64,000 nt of DNA from an uncultured cyanobacterium (GCA_963703315.1 OY969811.1:2528001-2592000); one strand, 5' to 3'; positions 38,461 to 48,888 are shown, counted from the stretch's first letter. The notes: generated by a model from the letters alone, not told the origin. Made by a program: numbers and translations.

Positions 38461-39579
38461 TTATGGCTTAATCAAAGAAATCGATAGGGTATAGTAGCCT
38501 AGCTGATTAGGAACTCTCTCCCACTTACCGTCTAATTTGCCCTTTGACAAGTTTTTGGTGACGCGATCCTTAGCTTGACGGAAATTCTCAACCGATAGAT
38601 CGCCGTACAGTGCCTTGACCACACTATCCGCATTCACAAATTCGCCTTTACGCTCTTGTAATACCTTCTCGATCGCATCAGTTAAAGTATTGCCCTGATA
38701 GAGAGGACGAAAAGCTAGAGAACTAGAACGACCTGACTTCTTAGGCTGAGGTGATTTAGCTGCAACTGCTTCAGCTTTCTTGGAAGCTTTGGCAGTTGTC
38801 TTTGCGGCTGCAACCGCAGCTTTAGGAGCAGCCTTAGTTGCTTTAGGAGCAGCCTTAGTCTTAGCAGCAGCCTTAGGAGCTTTAGGAGCAGCTTTAGGAG
38901 CTTTAGGAGCAGCTTTAGTCTTAGGAGTAGCTTCAGTCTTGACAGATGCGGCTCTTCCTCTCTTGATAGTTGATGTAGGGATGGTCTTTAATGTCTCAAG
39001 AGATAGGGTGTAATAGCCAAGTTGGTTAGGAACACGCTTCCATCTATTTTCACCTTTACCTTTGGATAGATTTTTGGTGACACGCTCTTTCGCAACTCGG
39101 AAAACAGTTTCTGTAAGCTCTCCGTAAAGAATATTTACAACATCATCAGCATTAATTGCTTGCCCTTGGCGTTCATTCAAAATCTTGGCGATCGCTTCGG
39201 TGAGGGTGAGACCTTCATAGGCAGGACGAGTTGTCAAAGAACCACGACGATGACCTCTTCCTCTTCCCTTTGATACAGGAGCAGGAGCTACCTCAGCCTT
39301 GGCTTTAGGTTTACGACCTTTGGTAGGCGCTGGTGGAGCTTCAACAATAACAGGAAGGACTGGTACAACAGCCGCTACAGCTTCTTTCTTTTTACCTTTA
39401 GCCTTAGGAGCTTCAGCAGGTAAGCTTCCTAGAAGGGCTTCAACGTGAGCGAGTTGGGCGCGAGCTTGAGCAACTTTATCTTCGTATTCAGCGAGAAATC
39501 CTTGCAAATGGGATTGTAAAGCTTGTAGAGACGCGCCAAAACCGTCTGGCTGTAAACTTACAGGTAGATCTATACTCAT
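38461..39579 (-). CDS. Basic protein: N-terminal coiled coil, two homologous globular (probably winged-helix) domains, H1-like K/A/P linker
   Basis: Repeats at aa ~114-194 and ~287-367; KAAPKAPK repeats between them. Confidence 0.85.
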   Translation of the reverse strand: MSIDLPVSLQPDGFGASLQALQSHLQGFLAEYEDKVAQARAQLAHVEALLGSLPAEAPKAKGKKKEAVAAVVPVLPVIVEAPPAPTKGRKPKAKAEVAPAPVSKGRGRGHRRGSLTTRPAYEGLTLTEAIAKILNERQGQAINADDVVNILYGELTETVFRVAKERVTKNLSKGKGENRWKRVPNQLGYYTLSLETLKTIPTSTIKRGRAASVKTEATPKTKAAPKAPKAAPKAPKAAAKTKAAPKATKAAPKAAVAAAKTTAKASKKAEAVAAKSPQPKKSGRSSSLAFRPLYQGNTLTDAIEKVLQERKGEFVNADSVVKALYGDLSVENFRQAKDRVTKNLSKGKLDGKWERVPNQLGYYTLSISLIKP

Positions 39580-39863
39580 ACTATGGGAACCAAAAAAATA
39601 ATGATTGATTGATGTGATGAGTTTACTTCCTCATGGTTTTTCTAATGATGGAAGAAACTCATCATTTCGTTCTATCACGTTTTGAGAGAACTCGCAATAG
39701 TTTAGAAAGAATTCTCACCATTATCTATTTTTTTATGGCAACTTTTAAACGAGTGGCTGCTCTTGAGAAAGCTGGAAATTGTTTCTAGTAAAGCTTTATA
39801 GCCTTCAAACCACCTAGATATAGCTAAAAGACAGAAAGAGACGAATATTGTCCCTTTCTGTCT

Positions 39864-42221
39864 TTATTTCTTGAGGTCTACCAGAAATTTGGCTTCGGCA
39901 GCGCGATCGCTATTGGGATATCTCTCCAACAGCCTTTGCAAATAGCGTGGTTGCTCACTGAGAAAGAAACTAGAAAATAGTAAGTCATCAATATATTGAC
40001 TCTGAGGAAACTTCACCTGTAATTCAGTGATAATGCTATCTATGCGCCTTTGATAGTCAGATAGCATAATCTTTTCGCGCTGTTCATAATCTTGGTAAGC
40101 ATAGCTACGTCTACTACTGCTGAGTTGGCGATATTGTCCACTAGCAGTCAATCCTGTGGGAGGATGGATACGTTGGGTTTCTGCGAAAGTGTGGTTTTCC
40201 CACTGGGCAAGTAGGGTCATGGCAACCATGTATAGAGATTTTTCGCGAAGTACAGGAGAGAGATTTTTGTCGTCGAGTAAATTTTGATAGAGGGAAAGGG
40301 CGATCGCATTTTGACTGCCGCCTTGATATTTAGCCAAAATCTCCGCACTACTGCGTTTAGATTCATCGCATACCCACCACTCACGACAATTCCAGTCCAT
40401 AGGGAGGCGATAGGTGCGAAATCCATCCCAGATGGGTAAATAACCATTTTTCCATCCACCCATTCCTGCCCAGTCTGCGGCAATTTGATAGCGAGATTCA
40501 GGCGTATTTTCGATTTGCCATTGTCGTAACTTTTGCCAACGCAGTTTTTGTTCGCTCAGTAATTCTTGAGCTTCTTTTTTAAAATCGACCACCCGATTAT
40601 CCTCCTGCCACCAACGACCTTGGGGATAGTAGTAGTCTGTGAGGACGCTGTCGGGGATTGTATCCAAATTTAAGTTGGTAGAAATTTCTAGAGCTTTAGC
40701 ATAATTGTGCGATCGCGCATATTGAATAGCGATCGCATACTTGAGGAGTGGTGCGAGGGCTTGACTATCTGGTTCTTGCAAAAGGGTTTGCATTTGTTCG
40801 ATAGACAAACCAACATCGAGGAGAGTCCGCACATGGGGAAATGCGAGATAAAGAGCATCGCGATCGCCCATAGGTTGCGCCATGATTTTGATCCAGAGCC
40901 GCATTGCCCCAACGATGTCGTTATTGTCTTGCAGACTGAGAGCAAGGAAATAGTTGGCATCATCGGCTCCCGCATGATCAGGATATTTCTTGAGCCAGTC
41001 TTGCCATGCATTAAGGCGTTCTTTTTCGGTGCGGTTGGCATTGCGTGTGAGGATCGCTTGTGGACGCTCCTCGCCGTTAAAATAGGAGCGTCCTGTTAAA
41101 TCTCCATACTCACGACAGGCGATCGCAAATTTGGATTGCGGATATTTCGTCACCATTCCCAACAGTAGGTAATAGGCATAGTCACCCTTTCGCGCAAAAT
41201 TTTCGTAACTCACGATTTTGGAGAGGGAATAAAGCTGGGAGAGATCTTTATTCAAAATATTTTGAAGGAGTTCTGTCCCTTGAGCATCTCCATGTCGATC
41301 TAGTTCGGCGATCGCCCAGATTCGATCATTAGAATTCGGTTCATTAATCAAATAACGGAAAAAGGAACGAACAGATGGAGTAAGCTCTCCTGCTTTGATC
41401 GCTCCAAGACGCTCAACTAAGATATATTCCTGAGCATCAGTTGGCAATTTTTGATAGAGAGCGATCGCTGCTTTAATTTGGCTGTCTGTTGGTTTTGATA
41501 ACTGCTCATAGTTCATCCATTCCGATAAACCTGCGAAGTTCTTATCTTTTTCATATCGAGATTTGCCATACACCGCGTCATAGCCTAGTAACCTAATTAA
41601 AAAATCTAGATTGAATTGACTGTAATATTGCGGAGAATTCTTTGGTTCGAGATTAGCTTTCGCAAGATTGATTAGCTCTGTTCGGACTTGAGGATCATCT
41701 AAACCAAAATCTTTCTCCCAATCTTTGTTTTGAGTCTCAGAGATATAGGGAGCGACATCATAAAAACTCGGATAGGTCAAACGCCTTTGGATCTGTCCAC
41801 GTAGCCATATTGTTGTGTAGGGTTTGCCAAGATTGCGAATACCTTCAATACCATACTTCTGTCTAGTTTCATCGCGAGAACGCGCATAATAACTCAACAA
41901 TGGATATGCCTTAGCTCCATACTTTTCCCAGACAGGATTGGCTACAGGATCTTTTCCCCATTTGGCAATAATAATATCTTGACGAACGGCTTGAACGATT
42001 TCTTGCCATTGCGGATCGAAGCGGAGGCGATCGCGGAGGACATCATCGATTTCGAGTTGGGAAATCTCTTGAGGGCTGAAGGAGTCAGCTAACTTCGACA
42101 TTTCCGCAGGACTAGGTATTTTGACGGTACGCGATTGAAAGACCTCTGCGGCTTTGAGTGCTACACCACAGGAGGCGATCGCTACAAATATAGACAATAT
42201 ATATAGATGTCGCTTTTGCAT
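39864..42221 (-). CDS. Large exported alpha-helical (HEAT/TPR-like) protein
   Basis: Signal-like N-terminus from ATG 42221; YPDHAGADDA and YPNSDRAAEA TPR-like motifs. Confidence 0.75.
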   Translation of the reverse strand: MQKRHLYILSIFVAIASCGVALKAAEVFQSRTVKIPSPAEMSKLADSFSPQEISQLEIDDVLRDRLRFDPQWQEIVQAVRQDIIIAKWGKDPVANPVWEKYGAKAYPLLSYYARSRDETRQKYGIEGIRNLGKPYTTIWLRGQIQRRLTYPSFYDVAPYISETQNKDWEKDFGLDDPQVRTELINLAKANLEPKNSPQYYSQFNLDFLIRLLGYDAVYGKSRYEKDKNFAGLSEWMNYEQLSKPTDSQIKAAIALYQKLPTDAQEYILVERLGAIKAGELTPSVRSFFRYLINEPNSNDRIWAIAELDRHGDAQGTELLQNILNKDLSQLYSLSKIVSYENFARKGDYAYYLLLGMVTKYPQSKFAIACREYGDLTGRSYFNGEERPQAILTRNANRTEKERLNAWQDWLKKYPDHAGADDANYFLALSLQDNNDIVGAMRLWIKIMAQPMGDRDALYLAFPHVRTLLDVGLSIEQMQTLLQEPDSQALAPLLKYAIAIQYARSHNYAKALEISTNLNLDTIPDSVLTDYYYPQGRWWQEDNRVVDFKKEAQELLSEQKLRWQKLRQWQIENTPESRYQIAADWAGMGGWKNGYLPIWDGFRTYRLPMDWNCREWWVCDESKRSSAEILAKYQGGSQNAIALSLYQNLLDDKNLSPVLREKSLYMVAMTLLAQWENHTFAETQRIHPPTGLTASGQYRQLSSSRRSYAYQDYEQREKIMLSDYQRRIDSIITELQVKFPQSQYIDDLLFSSFFLSEQPRYLQRLLERYPNSDRAAEAKFLVDLKK

Positions 42222-42349
42222 ATTGCTCTCCAAAATCCAAGCTATGTCTCCTATCATTAAACGTGATTTAGGTGAGACAGAAAGACTTCTCAGCAATTTG
42301 CAACAAACAGCTCTTTAAAAAAGAGGCGGCGCATCGCTCCGCCTCTTTT

Positions 42350-43066
42350 TTAAAAGAATAAATGGCTTTCAGGTTGAATGTTGATTTCCATCGGTACGGC
42401 TTGTGGATCGGCAGAGAGTGCAAACATAATTGCATTTGCCGCAGTTTCAGTTGTTAGCATCTTACTGCGATCGACTTTCAGACTGACATTATCCCAGAAT
42501 GGTGAATCAATTCCCCCAAAGTAAAAGAGAGTCACCTTAATTCCAAAGCGGCGCAATTCATCCGCCATACATTTGCTAAAACCGACGGCTCCAAATTTAG
42601 AAGCACAGTATGCTGCCGCCATTGCCATCGGATGTTTACCCAGAATCCCAATCACATTACAGATATGACCAATCTTGCGATCCTTCATCACATTAGCAAC
42701 TAACTGACTCGTATAAAAATTCCCCTTGAGATTAAGATCGAGCAGATAATCAAGTTCCTGTGGTTCAATGCGGTTAAATTGCTTGAGAACACCTGCACCT
42801 GCGGCATTCACCAAGACATCAATCTGTCCAAACTGCGCGATCGCCCGTTGTACCATTCCTTCAACTTGAGTGTATTTCGTAATATCGGTAGGAATAGCGA
42901 TCGCCTCAGCATCGTAAGCATCTTCGAGATTGTTAACCAGTTCTTCTAATTTATGGATATCTCTCGCTACAAGAACTAATTTTGCACCTGCTTCGGCTAA
43001 TTTTGGGATAAGTGCTGAACCGATCCCACCTGTTGCTCCGACAACGACAACAACTTTATTTTGCAT
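42350..43066 (-). CDS. SDR oxidoreductase
   Basis: GATGGIG, NAAG, YCASK. Confidence 0.95.
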   Translation of the reverse strand: MQNKVVVVVGATGGIGSALIPKLAEAGAKLVLVARDIHKLEELVNNLEDAYDAEAIAIPTDITKYTQVEGMVQRAIAQFGQIDVLVNAAGAGVLKQFNRIEPQELDYLLDLNLKGNFYTSQLVANVMKDRKIGHICNVIGILGKHPMAMAAAYCASKFGAVGFSKCMADELRRFGIKVTLFYFGGIDSPFWDNVSLKVDRSKMLTTETAANAIMFALSADPQAVPMEINIQPESHLFF

Positions 43067-43197
43067 CTTGTTTTGCTTTTTAAAAGTAAAGTATTTATGC
43101 TTGAATTTCTTTACAATACTTTATTTTTGTTTACATAACTATAAACCCCAATAGAGAGTTGCGCTGTAACTCTCTATTGGGGTTTATGCTTGCAATT

Positions 43198-43578
43198 TTA
43201 TGCAGCAATAGTTAGTGCTTCATGGGCTTCAATTTCAGAAGTATCTTCGCCAAATTCTTGAATTTCTGCTTCTTTAGCTGATGTTACTGTGAGTTTTAAG
43301 CCTAATCCTTTTAACCAATCCGCTAAACCATAGATTGCTTCTACACCTTGTTTTTGTAGGATTGTTTCGAGAGTTTCGGTATGCATTGCTAGTTGCTCTG
43401 GTGCAAGAGCTTCGGCAACATTGCTGAGGGCTAGTTTAAGTAGATTGGTTTCAATATCTAATGGTTCATGATCTTCAAGATGAACTTCGAGATAGACGGC
43501 GGCATAGTTAATATCTTGCAATTCTTTGATGTGATACTCATGATAGCTATCACTAGCTGGGGTTTGTCCGTTGTTCAT
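43198..43578 (-). CDS. Addiction-module antitoxin (probably DNA-binding)
   Basis: Downstream of and overlapping a RelE/HigB toxin; AAVYLE...LKGLGLKL pattern. Confidence 0.75.
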   Translation of the reverse strand: MNNGQTPASDSYHEYHIKELQDINYAAVYLEVHLEDHEPLDIETNLLKLALSNVAEALAPEQLAMHTETLETILQKQGVEAIYGLADWLKGLGLKLTVTSAKEAEIQEFGEDTSEIEAHEALTIAA

Positions 43579-43894
43579 AATCTCTCCAATATTCTTTTGC
43601 TTTACGAATATCTTTGTTTTGGCTACTTTTGTCACCACCGCATAACAGCAATATTACAACCGAACCAACTTGACCGAAATAAATGCGATAGCCGCCGCCA
43701 TAATCAATTCGCAATTCATACACACCATCACCCACAAATTTATAATCGCCTAAATTGCCTGTTTGTAAGCGATCAAGCCTTTGGCTGATCTTTGATTTTG
43801 CTCGCAGATCTCTAAGTGAAGCAGTCCATTCCAAAATCGGAATTTTGCCATCTGGTGTAATGTATCGGTTAATCTTTCTCGGTTGTGCGGTCAT
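43553..43894 (-). CDS. RelE/HigB-type toxin (addiction-module killer protein)
   Basis: GNLGDYKFVGDGVYELRIDYGGGYRIYF..LLCGGDKSSQ..DI..AK. Confidence 0.93.
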   Translation of the reverse strand: MTAQPRKINRYITPDGKIPILEWTASLRDLRAKSKISQRLDRLQTGNLGDYKFVGDGVYELRIDYGGGYRIYFGQVGSVVILLLCGGDKSSQNKDIRKAKEYWRDYEQRTNPS

Positions 43895-44010
43895 TTATGA
43901 CTCTAATGATTTTGCCATTTTATATAGTTAACCTACTCGTCACGACAAAAAAAGTCAGAATAGCGGCTTCAAATTCCCAAAGAGTGCCATGCACTCTTTG
44001 GGATAATTAT

Positions 44011-44841
44011 TTAAACTCCGTTTTGCTTGAACCAAGCTGTTAGACATTTCCAAGCATCCTCAGCTTCTTGTTTGCGGTAAGCAGGACGATAATCGGCATG
44101 GAATGCATGGGGAGCTTCAGGATAAACCACAATCTCTGAGTTTGCACTACAGCCTTTAAGTTTCTCCCGCATTTGCTCAACCGTATCTAAAGGAATGCCC
44201 GTATCCTTACCACCATAAAGTCCTAGCACGGGAACTCGTAGACTCTGAGCAATATCAACAGGATGCTTTGGTGTGAGTTCTGTTGATTCGCCAACGAGTC
44301 TGCCATACCAAGCTACTCCTGCTTTCACTTGAGGATTGTGCGCTGCATAGAGCCATGTAATTCTACCGCCCCAACAGAAACCCGTAATCCCTAGTTTCTG
44401 AATATTACCTTTCGCGGATTTGGCTGCCCACTCTACAGTTGCATCAAGGTCAGCAAATACCTGAGCATCAGGAACCTTGCTCACAATCGGACGGATTTGA
44501 GCAATATCCGTTAGCTTTGACACATCACCTTGACGGTAAAACATTTCGGGGGCGATCGCCAGATATCCTAATTTGGCTAAACGGCGGCAGACATCTTGAA
44601 TATAAGCATGGACACCAAAAATTTCTTGGATTACTAAAATCACAGGAAAATTTGTGCCTTGATTGGGCATTGCTCGATAGGCAGGAATTGTGCCATCTTT
44701 AACAGGGATTTTTACTTCACCTGCAATCAGCCCCTTGCTATCAGTGGTAATAGTTTTGGCAGAAATTGGCTGCACAGCGATCGCAAATCCCGCCGTCAGA
44801 CTACTAACCGCAATAAATTCGCGTCTGGTAAGTTTGGACAT
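44011..44841 (-). CDS. Dienelactone hydrolase family protein (Tat-like leader)
   Basis: TRREF; QEIFGV, GFCWGG, HAF.ADYR. Confidence 0.94.
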   Translation of the reverse strand: MSKLTRREFIAVSSLTAGFAIAVQPISAKTITTDSKGLIAGEVKIPVKDGTIPAYRAMPNQGTNFPVILVIQEIFGVHAYIQDVCRRLAKLGYLAIAPEMFYRQGDVSKLTDIAQIRPIVSKVPDAQVFADLDATVEWAAKSAKGNIQKLGITGFCWGGRITWLYAAHNPQVKAGVAWYGRLVGESTELTPKHPVDIAQSLRVPVLGLYGGKDTGIPLDTVEQMREKLKGCSANSEIVVYPEAPHAFHADYRPAYRKQEAEDAWKCLTAWFKQNGV

Positions 44842-45026
44842 TCAAGTTATCTCTCAAGGTTTTTCACAATATATAGCGCTTTGGATTGTTTCCCCGCCGA
44901 AGGCGGGGAAACAATCCTTTGTATCTCGCTTGCTTGAAAAGCGCCATATATATTGTGCCTATTCAAAACGAAAGTTGATGTGTTTACAGTAAATTAAAGG
45001 CTGACAAGCAAGACAACCGTAACTCA

Positions 45027-45776
45027 ATGCTAGATTTTTGGACAAAAACCAGTGGAACTTGGATTAATGTTTTAGCGATCGCCTTTGGTACATTCTTAGG
45101 ACTCATTCTGCGCGGAAGATTTCTTTCGCAAGTTTTGCCGATACTTAAACAGGCGATCGGGCTAATCACCATGTTTGTCAGCATTAACATGGCAAATAGC
45201 TTACTCAAAGTTAAAGCTGGTGCTTTGGATGGCATCATCCTATCGCTGCTTGCCTTAATCATTGGTGGGATCATTGGTGAGTTAACTCAGATTGAGAAAC
45301 ATCTAGAATCTCTTGGTGATTGGCTAAAAGCCAAATTTAAGGGAAAGGGTAAATTTACTGAAGGTTTTGTGGCGGCGAGCCTTTTGTTTTGCATTGGTCC
45401 CATGGCGATTATTGGTAGCCTCAATAACGGACTGATCGGCGATAACAATCTCTTGGCTCTCAAATCTTCGCTTGATGGATTTATTTCCATTGTGTTTGCG
45501 AGTACCTATGGGATCGGTGTAGGATTCTCGGCTCTACCTGTAGCAATTTATCAAGGCAGTTTGTCACTTTTAGCAGGCAATCTCTCGCAAAGCCTCCCCG
45601 ATCCAGTGAATGCTCAACCAGTCCTGATCATTACAGGAGTTGGTGGCTTGATGCTGTTGGGTCTCGGTTTAAATTTATTAGAGTTAGCGAAAGTACGAGT
45701 CGCCTCCTTTCTCCCCGCCTTAGCGATCGCGCCTTTAGTCTATTGGCTAGCCACCATCCTCACGAAGAACCTATAA
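45027..45776 (+). CDS. DUF554 membrane protein
   Basis: GF..ASLLFCIGPMAI.GS, KSSLDG, YQG. Confidence 0.88.
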   Translation: MLDFWTKTSGTWINVLAIAFGTFLGLILRGRFLSQVLPILKQAIGLITMFVSINMANSLLKVKAGALDGIILSLLALIIGGIIGELTQIEKHLESLGDWLKAKFKGKGKFTEGFVAASLLFCIGPMAIIGSLNNGLIGDNNLLALKSSLDGFISIVFASTYGIGVGFSALPVAIYQGSLSLLAGNLSQSLPDPVNAQPVLIITGVGGLMLLGLGLNLLELAKVRVASFLPALAIAPLVYWLATILTKNL

Positions 45777-46763
45777 CAATGCTCCACCGCAACTAGAGCC
45801 ACTCCCTGCGGTGCAACCATAGCAATAGTCAGCCGTTTGAATTTCTTGAATGATATCTAAAGTTCCATATTCGAGGATTTTCGCAACGGTAAGCAATTCA
45901 CCATCAAGCGATCGCGCTGGAAGATTTTCCATTTGATTAAAATCGCAATCATAGATATTACCTTGATAGTCCACCGAAAGCTGATTACGACACATCAAGT
46001 GTTCAAGGGTGATGGAATTAAAATGCGTTTCCAAAAAAGACGTATATTCTTCTTCTAGTTTACGATGTTGCAAATGGAACTTACTTCTGCCGATGGGAAG
46101 ATTGGTAATTGTAAAGAGGTTATTAAATACGATGCCAAAATGCTCTTGTAAATGGGCTTTGTAGGCTACTTGTAATCCCTCTTGATTAGGCGCAAGGGAA
46201 AATTTATGAGAAGTAGGAAGTTGAGGATTGTATACCAAATCTAAAACTAACTGGGGATTACTACCATAACCTAATCGATTTAGCCATTGCAGCGCTTGAA
46301 CTGACTGATCAAATACTCCTTTACCACGCATCTTGTCCACATTGTCTTCAAGATAACAGGGTAATGAAGCGACAACCCGCACTTGGTGCTGAGCAAAGAA
46401 TTCGGGAATATCTTCATAGCCTCGCTCAAAATAAATTGTCAAATTAGAACGAGCGATCGCTTCTTTACCTTGTTCTCTCGCCGCTTGAATCAATGGACGG
46501 AATCCATACAGCATCTCTGGCGCTCCCCCCGTGAGATCCACCGTCTGAATTTGCGGAAATCGTTGAATTATATCGATTAGTTGCTGACAAACCTCGGTCG
46601 ATAACTCCTCTGTACGATGGGGACTTGCCTCCACATGACAATGACTACAAGCTAGATTGCAGATCCTGCCCAAATTAATCTGCAATACCGAAATATTATG
46701 TTTTATAAGGGGGGCTTGCAGTTTTTGAGAAAATGGCGTAACCGCGATCGAAGGAACTGACAT
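45771..46763 (-). CDS. arsS: ArsS-like radical SAM protein (DUF3641 C-terminus); start approximate
   Basis: LQINLG.ICNLACSHCHV, DLTGGAPE, YDCDFNQ, CYGCTAGSGSSCGG. Confidence 0.85.
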   Translation of the reverse strand: MSVPSIAVTPFSQKLQAPLIKHNISVLQINLGRICNLACSHCHVEASPHRTEELSTEVCQQLIDIIQRFPQIQTVDLTGGAPEMLYGFRPLIQAAREQGKEAIARSNLTIYFERGYEDIPEFFAQHQVRVVASLPCYLEDNVDKMRGKGVFDQSVQALQWLNRLGYGSNPQLVLDLVYNPQLPTSHKFSLAPNQEGLQVAYKAHLQEHFGIVFNNLFTITNLPIGRSKFHLQHRKLEEEYTSFLETHFNSITLEHLMCRNQLSVDYQGNIYDCDFNQMENLPARSLDGELLTVAKILEYGTLDIIQEIQTADYCYGCTAGSGSSCGGALL

Positions 46764-46791
46764 ATATAGACAATCCAAGTCAACTTCCCAT

Positions 46792-47223
46792 TTATTTTGC
46801 CATAAACTCAATCACAATCCCTTGAATTGACTTAATCACTTCTTCATATTCCTCAGTTAGCGCTTTCAAAAGTTGCGGTGTAATTGTTAGATTTCCTGTT
46901 GTACAAACTTGTTCAAAATACTTACACAAGTATGACAATCGCATTGCCCCGATACTAGCACTAGTTGATTTGAGCGAATGGGATGCGAGACCAACTTTGT
47001 GAGCATCTTGACTCTCAAACGCTAGCTGAATTTCCTCAAGCAAATTTTCAGCAGAACTAAGATATATTGTCACTAAGTCAGAGAATACAAGATCATCCTC
47101 AATTGATTCTCGTAAACCTTGAAATGTATCAATATCAATAGTTTGCAAATTCACAAATTCTGGATATTTTTTAACTATTTCTGATATATCAGCGATCGCC
47201 TTAGATTGGATAGTCTCAAGCAT
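46792..47223 (-). CDS. Stand-alone Hpt (histidine phosphotransfer) protein
   Basis: SHSLKSTSASIGA..L..LC. Confidence 0.9.
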   Translation of the reverse strand: MLETIQSKAIADISEIVKKYPEFVNLQTIDIDTFQGLRESIEDDLVFSDLVTIYLSSAENLLEEIQLAFESQDAHKVGLASHSLKSTSASIGAMRLSYLCKYFEQVCTTGNLTITPQLLKALTEEYEEVIKSIQGIVIEFMAK

Positions 47224-47257
47224 AGTCGTAATCCTATTCCTAGAGGTTTATCTATTT

Positions 47258-47618
47258 AATACCAAAACTAAAAATGGCATAGCCATTTTTAGTTTTAAAA
47301 ACTCTGACTGGGTTAGGACTTACGCAGTAGCCCTGCAATAAATTGCGGGCTGAAAGCTTAAACCCGTTGAAACGGATTGAGTCAGAGTAACCTTTTTAGT
47401 CTGCTAAAGCAGACTTTAGCTTTAAGCCAAGAACTTGAGTTCTTGGTTAGTTTGCGTCAGTCCTATGGGTTTAGGTTTTAATCCACAAAAGTGTTGTCAC
47501 ACTTTTGTGGATTGGTATAAGACTTACGCGGAATGGCGAAACTTAGGGATAATTCATGAATTGCCCCTACCCTGAAATCAGGTTTTCGAGACATTTTTGC
47601 GTAAGGTCTAACTACTTA
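47258..47618. mobile_element. Nested MITE/REP cluster
   Basis: Family-D element (47258-47518) interrupted by a TAGGACTTACGCA...TGCGTCAGTCCTA element (47314-47465) with TGGGT duplicated on both sides; second related element at 47518-47610. Confidence 0.8.
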
Positions 47619-48800
47619 TAGTTTCAGTTTACGCAAATTATTGACCGCTAATGCAATCGTGCTATCTTTCTTTGCAAAGCAGAATCTCAAACCATTTACT
47701 TGTTGGCGATCGGGCTGACTAAAGCAAGTTCCTGGAACAGCCGCAACTAAAGCTTCCTTGGCTAGTCGAAATGCCGCAGTTTCTGCATCCTGTGCGATCG
47801 CCGAACTATCCGTCCAGATGTAGTATGCGCCTTTAGGAAGTACTGGTGATAAGCCCAATTCGACTAAGGCAGGATAGAGCAGATCGCGCTTACGTTTGTA
47901 ATCTAATGCCATATTTGTGAAATATTCACGTCCAAACTGCATGGCGGTAAGGGCGGCGTGTTGCAAAGGTGCAGGGGCGCAAATGGTAATAAAGTCATGA
48001 ATTCTTCGCATGGCAGCAGTTAATTCGGGATTTGCCACTGTGTAGCCCAAGCGCCAGCCTGTAATACAAAAGGTTTTCGAGAAGCCATTCACTACAATCG
48101 TGCGATCGCGCATTCCCTCAATGCTCATCAGGCTAATATGCTCTTCTTCATAAATGATGTATTCGTAAATTTCATCAGTAATTGCATAAACATCATACTG
48201 CTGACAGAGTTTGGTGATTAGTTCCAATTCTGTTCTTGTCCATACTTTACCTGTGGGATTAGCAGGGCTATTGATGATCACCGCCTTAATCCCTTTCTTA
48301 AAAGCAGGTTCAAGGATTTCTTGCGTGATTTCCCACTGCGGTGGTTGCAAAGTAATGAATTCAGGGATACCGCCAACAGTAGCCAAATTGGGAATGTAGT
48401 TTTCGTAGAATGGCTCAAAAATTAAAACGCGATCGCCTTGATCAATCAATGACATCAAGGCAATATTTAGCCCTTCCGTTGCGCCGCAACATACCGTAAC
48501 TTCAGTTTCGGGATCAACGGTAATCTGGTTATCGCGTTGCATTTTGTCAGCGATCGCCCATCGTAACTTGTCCCAGCCCCAACTATCTGCATATTGATTA
48601 AAATCTGATGCGATCGCGGCTCTTGCAGACTCTTTGAGAGCTTCTGGTGCAGGGAAATCGGGCAATCCTTGGGCGAGATTAATAGCTCCAAACTTTTCAC
48701 AATAACGGGAGGCTTCACGAATTTGTGATTCTTTAATTTGAATGGCACGTTGGGATAGCGAAACAGTAGTCAAGGGAAATATCTCTAAGCTTAGGTACAA
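47616..48800 (-). CDS. PLP-dependent aminotransferase class I/II
   Basis: INLAQGLPD, NSPANPTG, TDEIY, SKTFCITGWRLG. Confidence 0.95.
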   Translation of the reverse strand: MYLSLEIFPLTTVSLSQRAIQIKESQIREASRYCEKFGAINLAQGLPDFPAPEALKESARAAIASDFNQYADSWGWDKLRWAIADKMQRDNQITVDPETEVTVCCGATEGLNIALMSLIDQGDRVLIFEPFYENYIPNLATVGGIPEFITLQPPQWEITQEILEPAFKKGIKAVIINSPANPTGKVWTRTELELITKLCQQYDVYAITDEIYEYIIYEEEHISLMSIEGMRDRTIVVNGFSKTFCITGWRLGYTVANPELTAAMRRIHDFITICAPAPLQHAALTAMQFGREYFTNMALDYKRKRDLLYPALVELGLSPVLPKGAYYIWTDSSAIAQDAETAAFRLAKEALVAAVPGTCFSQPDRQQVNGLRFCFAKKDSTIALAVNNLRKLKL

Positions 48801-48888
48801 AACGCCTACGGCGCTGCATATAATATAGCAATAAGCCTTTATCCATTGATATAGCAGTTTTCATTTTGCCTACGGCAAAATGCATAAG

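Noticed and set aside
38780..39013. Ala/Leu/Gly-rich plus-strand ORF
   Set aside because: Antisense mirror of the K/A/P repeat codons.
38254..39579. Prophage or island integrated at tRNA-Ser
   Set aside because: No integrase and no duplicated tRNA 3' end seen; the flanking genes carry HIP1.
45771..47223. Arsenosugar biosynthesis cluster
   Set aside because: Only the arsS-like gene is present; no arsM or other ars genes are adjacent.
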